Assembly: GCA_027624915.1 (NCBI GenBank)
Contig: JAQBTR010000002.1
Location: forward strand, 30,802-94,801
Source: a bacterium
GTDB taxonomy: Bacteria > Patescibacteriota > Minisyncoccia > Ryanbacterales > GWA2-47-10b
DNA: 64,000 nucleotides
Reading direction: 5' to 3'
Position numbers and translations under genes: made by a program. Position 1 is the first letter of the stretch. Each line of letters begins with the position of its first letter. Shown here in pieces: positions 9,668-17,751 of the stretch. Below the pieces are notes generated by a model that saw only the letters and a program-made list of their open reading frames with translations, was not told the origin of the DNA and made no database searches.

Positions 9668-10405
9668 ATGAATACAACAGAAATTCCTGAAATTAAGGCA
9701 AACCCAGCGACAGAGGGGCTCTATAAGGCAGGAGTCCAGTTTGGATACTCTAAGTCTCGACGTCACCCACGTATGCGTGATTTTGTTGCGGGTGTTAAGA
9801 ATAATATTGAGGTATTTCAGCTTGATAGGGTTAAGGAAAAGATCGATGAGGCTCTAGAGTTTATAGAATCCCTCGGTGAGATGAAGGCACCAATTCTGTG
9901 GGTTGGAACAAAGCCGGCTGCCGCCCTTGCTATAAAAGAGGTAGCAGATGCTCTTGGTCATCCTTATGTAAATATACGATGGCTCGGAGGAACTCTTACA
10001 AACAACAAGAATATTAGAGGCCGTGTTACATACTGGCAGGACCTTATCTCAAAACAAAAATCAGGTGAGCTTGGTAAGTATACAAAAGCAGAGCAAGTAA
10101 GACTTCAGAAAGAGAGTGACCGATTGGCTCGCTCATTTGAAGGCCTCGTTAATCTCCAGGCAATCCCAAAGGCCATGTTTGTTATAGACTCTAAAGAAGA
10201 GGATATAGCAGTGCATGAGGCTGGCAACAAAAAGATTCCAGTAGTTGCTCTTATGAATACAGATTGTGATCCAAAGAAAGTTAAGCACGCAATTCCTGGT
10301 AACGATAATGCATCAAAGAGTATTAGGTACATTCTGGAACTAGCACAAACGGCATATATTAAAGGTACAAAAAACGCTAAAACAACAGATGACGGAAAAA
10401 ATTAG
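9668..10405 (+). CDS. rpsB: 30S ribosomal protein S2
   Basis: AGVQFG, WVGTK, RWLGGTLTN, NTDCDP and IPGND; ATG 9668 preferred. Confidence 0.95.
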   Translation: MNTTEIPEIKANPATEGLYKAGVQFGYSKSRRHPRMRDFVAGVKNNIEVFQLDRVKEKIDEALEFIESLGEMKAPILWVGTKPAAALAIKEVADALGHPYVNIRWLGGTLTNNKNIRGRVTYWQDLISKQKSGELGKYTKAEQVRLQKESDRLARSFEGLVNLQAIPKAMFVIDSKEEDIAVHEAGNKKIPVVALMNTDCDPKKVKHAIPGNDNASKSIRYILELAQTAYIKGTKNAKTTDDGKN

Positions 10406-10847
10406 TACAGAGGCAATCAAGGTATTGCGCGATAAAACATTTGCATCTATTGCCATGGTACGAAAGGCTCTTATTGAGGCAGAGGGGGACGAAACAAAAG
10501 CGCTTGAGGTTTTGAAAAAACTTGGACATGAGGCAGCCGCCAAAAAAGGTGATAGAGACCTTGGAGCTGGGCGTGTTGGAGCGTATGTTCATTCTGGAGA
10601 CAGGGTGGGTGTGCTTGTAGAGGTTCGTTCAGAAACCGACTTTGTATCACGCAATGAGGCATTTGGTGAGCTTACACACAACTTGGCAATGCATATTGCA
10701 GCTATGAATCCACAGTCAGCAGAAGAGCTGTTGAGTCAGTCATTTGTTAAGGATCCTGCCGATACCATTTCAGACCTTGTCAAAAAGGCTTCCGCACAAT
10801 TTGGTGAAAACATCCAAATTGGACAGTTTGTTCGCTTTGAGATCTAG
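10389..10847 (+). CDS. tsf: Elongation factor Ts (short form)
   Basis: UBA-like N-terminus, ETDFV, MHIAAMNP, LLSQ.FVKDP and GENI....FVRF; 152 aa. Confidence 0.92.
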   Translation: MTEKISTEAIKVLRDKTFASIAMVRKALIEAEGDETKALEVLKKLGHEAAAKKGDRDLGAGRVGAYVHSGDRVGVLVEVRSETDFVSRNEAFGELTHNLAMHIAAMNPQSAEELLSQSFVKDPADTISDLVKKASAQFGENIQIGQFVRFEI

Positions 10848-10864
10848 ACCTATACTGTAGTCAT

Positions 10865-11287
10865 ATGGTAATTCCATTTACTATTCTTGGAGGGGCCCTC
10901 GTTCTCATGGCGGTTATTCCACTTAGGCATCTTTCTCGTGTACGAGGAACAGAAGAAGAATATTTGGGTAGCGGACACGACAATAGTATTGCGCGAGCAC
11001 CAATCGTTGCATATCTAGATCGTTTGGAACATTGGTATCGTTTTGCATTTAAGGATGTGTGTCTACGTAGTCTTGACCGAACGCTTCGTGCCCTAGAGTA
11101 TATGACAGGGCATATTGCAGGTCAGACGAAGAAAGCCCGTTTAATGCTTCAGGAGCATTTTAAGGTTATCCCGCGCGAGTCTATGTATTGGAAAAATATT
11201 CAAACGTGGAAGAAGAATGGGACAAATAACAACGGTGAGACAAAGAATGCACCGGTTGAGGATCAGGATCTTTCAAGCCACGAATAA
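10865..11287 (+). CDS. Hypothetical protein with N-terminal membrane anchor
   Basis: 140 aa, hydrophobic N-terminus. Confidence 0.6.
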   Translation: MVIPFTILGGALVLMAVIPLRHLSRVRGTEEEYLGSGHDNSIARAPIVAYLDRLEHWYRFAFKDVCLRSLDRTLRALEYMTGHIAGQTKKARLMLQEHFKVIPRESMYWKNIQTWKKNGTNNNGETKNAPVEDQDLSSHE

Positions 11288-11291
11288 GTAC

Positions 11292-11382
11292 ATAAACAAT
11301 AAGCTACTTTTAATGCGATCTAAGCCAGCCCTCGATTAGACAAACCGCTCAATCAGAAGCATAAAAGTATCTTATTGTTTAT
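11292..11382. other. Fold-back element with CGATCTAAGCCAGC-N16-CGCTCAATCAGAAG core (copy 1)
   Basis: Outer IR ATAAACAATAAG/CTTATTGTTTAT; motifs at 11316-11329 and 11346-11359 are identical to those at 25701 and 25731. Confidence 0.8.
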
Positions 11383-11390
11383 AATGATAG

Positions 11391-11465
11391 GCCAGTATAG
11401 CTCAGTGGTAGAGCAATGCTTTTGTAAAGCATAGGTCGTGGGTTCGAATCCCTCTGCTGGCTCCA
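11391..11465 (+). tRNA. tRNA-Thr(TGT)
   Basis: Cloverleaf GCCAGTA/TGCTGGC, anticodon loop TTTGTAA, GGTTCGAATC T-arm, encoded CCA. Confidence 0.96.
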
Positions 11466-11488
11466 AGTTTGAAAAACAATTTCAAGTG

Positions 11489-11565
11489 AGAGGGATGAGA
11501 ACAGAGTGCTGTTAGCACTCTGCGGGGTTTGTGATAGGCAAACCGAATCCCTCTGCTGGCTCCAA
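11489..11565 (+). repeat. tRNA-3'-derived hairpin cassette ending in a 22-bp copy of the tRNA-Thr 3' end
   Basis: AGAGGGATGAGAAC + CAGAGTGCT/AGCACTCTG + GGTTTG-TGATAGG-CAAACC + CGAATCCCTCTGCTGGCTCCAA (identical to 11445-11466). Confidence 0.85.
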
Positions 11566-11604
11566 ATAATAATACGCGGTTTTGTGTCGCGTATTATTAT
11601 TTTT
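11564..11604. terminator. Intrinsic terminator-like hairpin
   Basis: AATAATAATACGCG ... CGCGTATTATTATT followed by T-tract. Confidence 0.65.
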
Positions 11605-11621
11605 GTTATACTGAACATAGC

Positions 11622-12893
11622 ATGAAGAAGAACCCGGTTGTTGTTATTTTGGGTGGCGGATACGCAGGGATTCGCGCAGCCTTAGATGTTCTGCGCAAAA
11701 CACGCGCAGATGTTATTTTGGTTGATGAAAAGACGTATCATGCATTACCGACACAGTTTTATGAGTTGGCAAGTGTATACCAAGAAGAGCCCGCACTTGA
11801 AACTCTCGAGCAAAAGAAAAAAAGGTTTCATAATCTTCTTGAGAGTGTTGCAATCCCATTTAAAACAATTTTTGGTGATAGTAATAGAATTGAATTTGTA
11901 CAAGGATCTGTGCGAGTTGTACGCCCCGATGAAAATGGAGTTTTATTGAGAGACGGTCGCAAGATTGATTTTGATTATCTTGTAGTTGCCATCGGTAGCA
12001 GAACAAATTATTTTGATATTCCACATCTTAAAGAAAATTCAATTGGGCTCAAGTCTCCCGAAGAAGCTTTGAATATTAGAAATAGAATAGATGAACTTTT
12101 TCGTAATAGTCCCAAGCATAAAAAAATTACTGTTGTCATTGGTGGGGGTGGTGTAACCGGTTGTGAATTTGCAGGAGAGGCTGTTTCGTATATGAAGAAG
12201 CTTGCCGAGCTACACCAGCATCCGATTGCCAATTGGTGTTGTTTGCTTATTGAGTCTGGAGATTCAATACTTGGTAATGCATCATTGTGGGTGCAAAAAA
12301 AAGCTCGTGCGCGCTTATCAAAACGTGGGGTTACAGTTCTTACAAAAAGTCCAATCAAAGACGTGTGGCCTGGTCTTTTACACCTTGGGGATGAAAAAAA
12401 GGCAGTTCATTTTGATTTGCTTGTCTGGACTGCTGGTGTAAAGGGTAAGTGTGAGGGCGAAATTTTAGAGCATACTAAGTTATCTGCAAAAAGTTGCATC
12501 CCCGTTGGTAAAAATTTATGTATACCCCCATGTGATAATGTTTTTGTTGTGGGGGATGTGGCAGCAACATTTGATCCCAAAACTGGAAAACCAACCCCCA
12601 TGACAGCGCAAAAGGCAGTGCATGATGGCACGTATGCGGCATATGCGATTGCAAGAAGGATTAAAAACAAAAAAGCAAAGCTGAAACCATATGTACATAA
12701 ACGCTCAGACTACATTTTTCCACTCGGAGGTAAATATGCGCTTCTTCAGACACGATGGTTACATGCAAAAGGATTTAAAATATGGCTTCTCAAATACTTT
12801 GTTTTGTTCAGGTATGTTCGCACCATATTGCCAACACATAAAGCCCTTTTATTTGTCATAAAAGGAGTACGTCTCTTTACAAAAAATGACTAA
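11622..12893 (+). CDS. ndh: Type II NADH dehydrogenase-like FAD/NAD oxidoreductase
   Basis: GGGYAG, DYLVVAIGS, GGGVTGCEFAGE, WTAGV, VGD.A and TAQ.A motifs. Confidence 0.82.
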   Translation: MKKNPVVVILGGGYAGIRAALDVLRKTRADVILVDEKTYHALPTQFYELASVYQEEPALETLEQKKKRFHNLLESVAIPFKTIFGDSNRIEFVQGSVRVVRPDENGVLLRDGRKIDFDYLVVAIGSRTNYFDIPHLKENSIGLKSPEEALNIRNRIDELFRNSPKHKKITVVIGGGGVTGCEFAGEAVSYMKKLAELHQHPIANWCCLLIESGDSILGNASLWVQKKARARLSKRGVTVLTKSPIKDVWPGLLHLGDEKKAVHFDLLVWTAGVKGKCEGEILEHTKLSAKSCIPVGKNLCIPPCDNVFVVGDVAATFDPKTGKPTPMTAQKAVHDGTYAAYAIARRIKNKKAKLKPYVHKRSDYIFPLGGKYALLQTRWLHAKGFKIWLLKYFVLFRYVRTILPTHKALLFVIKGVRLFTKND

Positions 12894-12911
12894 ATGCCCT
12901 AGTATGGGAGC

Positions 12912-13427
12912 ATGTTAAAAATAGGAGAATTAGCCCCAGAGTTTAAGCTCGAGGGCTATCACAATGGGAAATTTAGGGACTACAACCTTAAACAATATAA
13001 GAAGAAGTGGCTTGTCATCTTTTTCTACCCTCTTGATTTTACATTTGTATGCCCAACTGAAATTAAGCAGTTTTCAAAGAAACATGATGAGTTTAAGAAG
13101 TTAAAAGCAGATGTTGTTGGTGTGTCAGTAGACTCGATTCATTCGCACAAGGCATGGGTTGAGGGGTCTTTGGGAAAGCTCAATTTTCCTTTACTTGCTG
13201 ACTTCCACAAGAAGATGGCAAGAGATTATGAAATATTACTTGATGATGAGGGAGTGGCACTTCGCGGTACGTTTATTATCGACCCATATGGAAAACTTCG
13301 TTACATGGTCGTATCTGACAATGATGTTGGACGCTCAGTAGACGAGACAATTCGAGTTCTCTCGGCACTCCAAACTGGAAAGCTTTGTCCAATTGAGTGG
13401 ACACCAGGTAAAAAGACGCTTAATTAA
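12912..13427 (+). CDS. ahpC: 2-Cys peroxiredoxin
   Basis: FYPLDFTFVCPTE, GRSVDE and resolving LCP.EW. Confidence 0.93.
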   Translation: MLKIGELAPEFKLEGYHNGKFRDYNLKQYKKKWLVIFFYPLDFTFVCPTEIKQFSKKHDEFKKLKADVVGVSVDSIHSHKAWVEGSLGKLNFPLLADFHKKMARDYEILLDDEGVALRGTFIIDPYGKLRYMVVSDNDVGRSVDETIRVLSALQTGKLCPIEWTPGKKTLN

Positions 13428-13431
13428 ACCT

Positions 13432-13459
13432 AAAAAACCGTTTAGCTTAGCGGTTTTTT
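13432..13459. terminator. Intrinsic terminator
   Basis: AAAAAACCG...CGGTTTTTT after ahpC. Confidence 0.65.
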
Positions 13460-13474
13460 GACGGCGACAAGACC

Positions 13475-13504
13475 TTGACACATATGCATAATATGTGTTA
13501 GGGT
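13475..13504 (+). promoter_or_regulatory. Promoter with palindromic operator in the spacer
   Basis: TTGACA at 13475; ACACATAT-GCATA-ATATGTGT at 13478-13498. Confidence 0.5.
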
Positions 13505-13589
13505 TCTTACAGAAATGGCGAGGCATTTGTTTCTCGTTATAAAGATAAGATTCCGTGACCCTACGGGTCCAGCGGAAAGGAGGACCGTA

Positions 13590-14054
13590 ATGAAGTACCT
13601 TCGAATCCCAGCGGCGATCGGGGTCGCAGTTCTGTTCACTGTTTTGGCTCTGGCTACGTCTGCACGCGCGGATGCGGATCAGGCCACGTTCGTGCCGTTC
13701 GAAGACGGCACGGGTGCTGTCGTGACCTCCGAAGGAGTTTACGGGGTCGACAAGAATCGTTCGGTGGATTCTTTCGCCTCGCTCGAAGACTCGTCACAGA
13801 ACGTGGCGATCCCGCGGTGCATGCGGTCGCGCACGGAGGCCGAGGCTGCGTGTCCCCAGTTTTTCACTTACGTGAAGCAGAACTGGTTCTGCTTCTACTG
13901 CGCGCTCTGCCAGATCCGCGCTGACAACGAAATCCTCTGTCGCGAGGAAGCCAAGCCATACATCCGTGCACGTTTCGGCATCCGTTCGTCTGGCGAAAGG
14001 GCATCATCGTCTGGTGCGATTCGCTCGGGAGGTCGGCGTCTCGGCCGGCGGTAG
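13590..14054 (+). CDS. Secreted Cys-containing hypothetical protein (GC-rich islet)
   Basis: AAAGGAGG SD before ATG 13590, signal peptide ending ARA, six Cys, Arg/Gly tail. Confidence 0.7.
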   Translation: MKYLRIPAAIGVAVLFTVLALATSARADADQATFVPFEDGTGAVVTSEGVYGVDKNRSVDSFASLEDSSQNVAIPRCMRSRTEAEAACPQFFTYVKQNWFCFYCALCQIRADNEILCREEAKPYIRARFGIRSSGERASSSGAIRSGGRRLGRR

Positions 14055-14090
14055 CCAAAGCTTTGAGGGGGGGGCGAACCCCTCCCAGTC

Positions 14091-14130
14091 CAGCCCTGGA
14101 TGCGTGAGCATCCAGGGCTGTTTTCTTTTT
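14091..14130 (+). terminator. Intrinsic terminator
   Basis: CAGCCCTGGATGC-GTGA-GCATCCAGGGCTG + TTTTCTTTTT. Confidence 0.85.
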
Positions 14131-14133
14131 CTA

Positions 14134-14169
14134 TTGACTCAAAGTTTTAAAACATAGATAATCATCTAT
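14134..14169 (+). promoter_or_regulatory. Promoter and putative ArsR-family autoregulatory operator
   Basis: TTGACT-17-GATAAT; ATAGAT-AATC-ATCTAT palindrome (14154-14169) directly before the arsR-like ATG. Confidence 0.6.
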
Positions 14170-14448
14170 ATGTCAGTGAAAGAAAAGAATTGTGTATCGT
14201 GTTTTAAGATCTTGGCAGAACCAACACGTATTTCACTTATCAAATATTTACAATCTGGTTCATATAATGTCACCGAGATAACAAAATATTTGGGTGTAAC
14301 TCAGCCAACCGTTTCTCATCACTTAAAACTTCTTGATAAATTAGGAATGGTTACCAAAGAACCTCGTGGAAGAAAGGTTGTGTATGGTTATAACCAAGAT
14401 TATCCATGTCGTGGATGTGGAGTATTTACGCTTCCAATAAAAACATGA
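14170..14448 (+). CDS. ArsR/SmtB-family transcriptional regulator
   Basis: FK.LAEPTR..., TQPTVSHHLK.L wHTH; CxxC near both ends. Confidence 0.9.
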   Translation: MSVKEKNCVSCFKILAEPTRISLIKYLQSGSYNVTEITKYLGVTQPTVSHHLKLLDKLGMVTKEPRGRKVVYGYNQDYPCRGCGVFTLPIKT

Positions 14449-15707
14449 GCAAAGAGACTGAAATAAAAAGACGAGTATATTTAGATCATGCGGCAGCCAC
14501 TCCAATGGACTTGCGAGTAAAGGAAGCTATGGATTCATACATGACTGATGAATATGGAAATGCTGGCGGCTTGTATCGCGAGGGGCGTCGAGCAAAAGAC
14601 GGCATTGATCATGCGCGCAAAAGTCTTGCGCGTATTTTGAGTTGTCGTCCTGATGAAGTTGTTTTTACCTCTGGTGGTACCGAAGGAGATGTTCTGGCGA
14701 TTATCGGTACGGCGCGTGCCAATAAAGATCGTGGAAGTCATATAGTAACAACAACAATTGAACACCAAGCCGTCCTTGAATCATGTGAAGCTCTAGAAAA
14801 AGAAGGTTTTGAGGTGACCTATGTTGATGTTGAGCCAAATGGAGTTGTTGACCCTAAAAAGATTGAAAGCGCTTTACGTGATGATACTATTTTAGTTTCT
14901 GTTATGTATGCAAATAATGAAATAGGTACGATTCAACCCATTCGTAATATTGCAAAGATTTTGAAAGACAGAAAAATTATTTTTCATACTGATGCTTGTC
15001 AGGCATCCGAATACTTAGATTTAGACGTACAAAAACTTGGCGTAGATCTTCTTGTTTTGAACGGTTCCAAGGTGTATGGCCCAAAGGGTGTCGGTGCAGT
15101 ATTTGTTCGTAATGGGACTCGCGTGAGACCCATTCTTTTTGGTGGAGCACAAGAAGGTAAGCGGCGAGCGGGAACCGAGAATGTTCCGGGTATCGTGGGT
15201 CTTGGGCGCGCTTTAGAAATTGCCGATGAGATGAAAGTTAGAGAGGGTGCACGCCTCAGTGAACTTCGCGATTATCTGATAAGTAGAATAACGAAAGAGA
15301 TAAAGCGAACCATTTTGAATGGAGACGCAAAAGAGAGGCTTCCTAATAATGTTAATATTTCTATTCTTGATATAGAGGGGGAGGCTACTCTTTTATATCT
15401 TGATAATTACGGGATTGCTTGTTCTACGGGCTCTGCATGCACCTCGGAGAGTCTTGACCCGTCTCACGTGATTTTGGCGCTTGGTAAGCCATATGAGCAT
15501 GCACACGCATCTATTCGATTTACACTTGGGAGAGGTACTAAGAAAGAAGATTTGGATTATTTGATGGAATATCTACCGGGAGTTGTTACAACATTAAGAA
15601 AAATTTCACCAATAACAGTAGAAGAAGATGCAAAGGGTATGTCGCATCCTGAAGCATTTGCTGGAGAAAATATGAGAGTAAAAGCTAATTCTAAAAACTA
15701 TAAATAA
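14445..15707 (+). CDS. iscS: Cysteine desulfurase (IscS/NifS)
   Basis: YLDHAAATP, FTSGGTE, HTDACQ, GSKVYGPKG and STGSAC; ATGA overlap with arsR. Confidence 0.93.
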   Translation: MSKETEIKRRVYLDHAAATPMDLRVKEAMDSYMTDEYGNAGGLYREGRRAKDGIDHARKSLARILSCRPDEVVFTSGGTEGDVLAIIGTARANKDRGSHIVTTTIEHQAVLESCEALEKEGFEVTYVDVEPNGVVDPKKIESALRDDTILVSVMYANNEIGTIQPIRNIAKILKDRKIIFHTDACQASEYLDLDVQKLGVDLLVLNGSKVYGPKGVGAVFVRNGTRVRPILFGGAQEGKRRAGTENVPGIVGLGRALEIADEMKVREGARLSELRDYLISRITKEIKRTILNGDAKERLPNNVNISILDIEGEATLLYLDNYGIACSTGSACTSESLDPSHVILALGKPYEHAHASIRFTLGRGTKKEDLDYLMEYLPGVVTTLRKISPITVEEDAKGMSHPEAFAGENMRVKANSKNYK

Positions 15708-15708
15708 T

Positions 15709-16380
15709 ATGTCAGACAAAAAAGATTTAAAAGGAGCAGACATAGATGTCATCAATCAGTATACGGGTGAAAAATGGTATTACACAGATACTGTCAAAGA
15801 ACATTTTTTTAAACCACGCAATCTTTTACTTGATGCACCCGACGAGTCTAATTTTGATGCAAACGGTATGGTTGGTAGTCCAGCATGTGGAGATATGATG
15901 AATATGTGGATGAAGGTTGATCCTAAGACTGAGAAGATAAAAGATCTCAAGTGGAAAACTTTTGGCTGTGGTTCAGCGATTGCTGCAACCAGTATGTATT
16001 CGGTTATGCTCACAGAGGAAGGTGGTATGACCATAGAGAGCGCATTGAAGGTAAAGCCACAGCATATTATGATGAGATTAGGAGGACTCCCAAACCGAAA
16101 GATTCACTGCTCTGTACTTGCTGACAAGGCATTTCAGAAGACAGTAAATGATTACTTTCGAAAGACTGACCAGCACGACCGTATAATTACAGATGGTGCT
16201 CGTGTAGTAGACGAACGATTGAACATTACAGATAAAGATATAGAGGAGGCGGTGTTGGAGGGTGCGCAGACGCTTGAGGAGGTTCAGAAGAAATTAAAAG
16301 TAGGAGTTGGAATGTCGGAAGAGTCGGTTACCGATATCGAACAATTAATTAGATTTTATGCAGAAAAATATTATGGCTGA
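15709..16380 (+). CDS. iscU: NifU/IscU N-terminal Fe-S scaffold with C-terminal BFD-like extension
   Basis: SPACGD, TFGCGSAIA and KIHCSVL motifs. Confidence 0.85.
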   Translation: MSDKKDLKGADIDVINQYTGEKWYYTDTVKEHFFKPRNLLLDAPDESNFDANGMVGSPACGDMMNMWMKVDPKTEKIKDLKWKTFGCGSAIAATSMYSVMLTEEGGMTIESALKVKPQHIMMRLGGLPNRKIHCSVLADKAFQKTVNDYFRKTDQHDRIITDGARVVDERLNITDKDIEEAVLEGAQTLEEVQKKLKVGVGMSEESVTDIEQLIRFYAEKYYG

Positions 16381-16612
16381 AGAACAACAAGGACATAAAA
16401 TTGCTCGTATATATGTAGATAGAGATAAGTGTATTGGCGCTGCTTCATGTGTTGCTATTGCACCTGGCGTGTTTGAGCTTGATGATGAAAATAAGGCGGT
16501 TGTAAAAGATGAACAAGGAGCAGACGATGAAACTATTTTGCTTGCAGCACAATCATGCCCAACTCAAGCAATCGTATTATTCGACTCCGCAGGAAACCAG
16601 ATATTTCCATGA
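16373..16612 (+). CDS. Ferredoxin (3Fe-4S type motif)
   Basis: CIGAASC...CPTQAI; ATG 16373. Confidence 0.88.
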   Translation: MAEEQQGHKIARIYVDRDKCIGAASCVAIAPGVFELDDENKAVVKDEQGADDETILLAAQSCPTQAIVLFDSAGNQIFP

Positions 16613-16899
16613 ACGAAAACATTTTAGTTCGTAATATTGGCACAATGGCTCTTATATTAGCGGTATTACCCCTTGTGTTGTTCTAGACGTTTCCTTTCTT
16701 GTTGCTGGGTCTAGCAGTTGTAGGATTGGGGATAGACGAGGCGGCTAATATTTTTACTATAACTGGATGGGTTATGTTTATAGTAAGTATCATTTTAGGA
16801 GTTATTGGAATTATTAAAAAAAGAAATAGAGTTGCGGCTATTTTAGCTCTACTCATTATTGCCATTCAGCTTATACCCGCTTTTCTATATTTTACTTAA
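16609..16899 (+). pseudogene. Small membrane protein gene with an in-frame TAG
   Basis: ATG 16609 overlaps the ferredoxin stop; TAG at 16684-16686; the frame continues into the 16699-16899 ORF with hydrophobic sequence on both sides. Confidence 0.6.
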
Positions 16900-16910
16900 A
16901 CTAAATATTT

Positions 16911-17501
16911 ATGAAAGAAGTAAAAAAACTTAACTATACAAAATTAGATGGTATTTCAGAGAGGCAACTCTCTGAACACCATGATGTACTCTACAAAGGA
17001 TATGTAGACAAAATTAACTTTATCGATGGAGAGCTGTCAAAAATTGATCGAGAAAAAGCTAATGCAACTTTGAGCCAGCTTCGTTCGTTTAAATTAGGAG
17101 AGACGTTTGCGCTCAATGGGGTGAAGCTTCATGAAGGTTATTTTGACAACATGAAAGAGGGTGGAGAGGAGTGCGATGGTAAAATAAAAGAGCTCATAGA
17201 ACGGGACTTTGGTTCGATGGAGGCATGGGAGGAAGATTTTAAGGCAATTGGTTTGGCAGCTCGAGGGTGGGTCGTCCTAACCTATGATCTAGATGAAAAG
17301 AAACTACGAAATATCCTGTGTGACTCACATAATCAGGGTGGCGTGTGGAACGCATGTTCTTTGCTTGTAATGGATGTATATGAGCACGCATATTTTATAG
17401 ATTTCGCGACAGCACGAAAGAAATACATAGAAACATTTTTCAAGAATTTAAATTGGGCATATGTTAACGAACTCATCTCAAAATATAGAATCGAAGATTA
17501 A
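16911..17501 (+). CDS. sod: Fe/Mn superoxide dismutase family
   Basis: EHH..LYKGYV, NGVKLHE.YF, RGW..L and MDVYEHAYF.DF. Confidence 0.9.
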   Translation: MKEVKKLNYTKLDGISERQLSEHHDVLYKGYVDKINFIDGELSKIDREKANATLSQLRSFKLGETFALNGVKLHEGYFDNMKEGGEECDGKIKELIERDFGSMEAWEEDFKAIGLAARGWVVLTYDLDEKKLRNILCDSHNQGGVWNACSLLVMDVYEHAYFIDFATARKKYIETFFKNLNWAYVNELISKYRIED

Positions 17502-17709
17502 AGAACTTATTGAAACTCATGTAAAACCCATGGTGGCCCTACATCGTGGCAGTATTGAGTTTGTCTCTTTTGATGACGGCATTGTAAATGTCCGTTTAGT
17601 GGGCACATGCAAAGGATGTCCGCTTTCTCAGTTAACACTTAAGGCTGGAGTTGAAACAGTTTTGAGAGATAATTTGGAAGGAATCAGGGAAGTCCGTGCG
17701 GTCGAATAA
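17461..17709 (+). CDS. NifU C-terminal / Nfu-type Fe-S carrier
   Basis: V.P....H.G, L.G.CKGCP.S..TLK.GVE. Confidence 0.85.
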   Translation: MLTNSSQNIESKIKELIETHVKPMVALHRGSIEFVSFDDGIVNVRLVGTCKGCPLSQLTLKAGVETVLRDNLEGIREVRAVE

Positions 17710-17751
17710 TCTTTACAAATCAACGGATTTAGGTTATATTAAAGAAAAGTA

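Noticed and set aside
11346..11359. Hammerhead ribozyme (minus strand CTGATTGAG resembles CUGANGA)
   Set aside because: Extra nucleotide in the core and no GAAA or stem III in either copy.
11445..11565. Prophage or genomic island attL/attR
   Set aside because: The repeats are only about 100 nt apart with no integrase or cargo; reported instead as a cassette.
16684..16686. Genome-wide stop-codon reassignment (TAG or TGA)
   Set aside because: Conserved genes end at the expected place with TAG (tsf, guaB, rpsD) and TGA (rpmG, infA).
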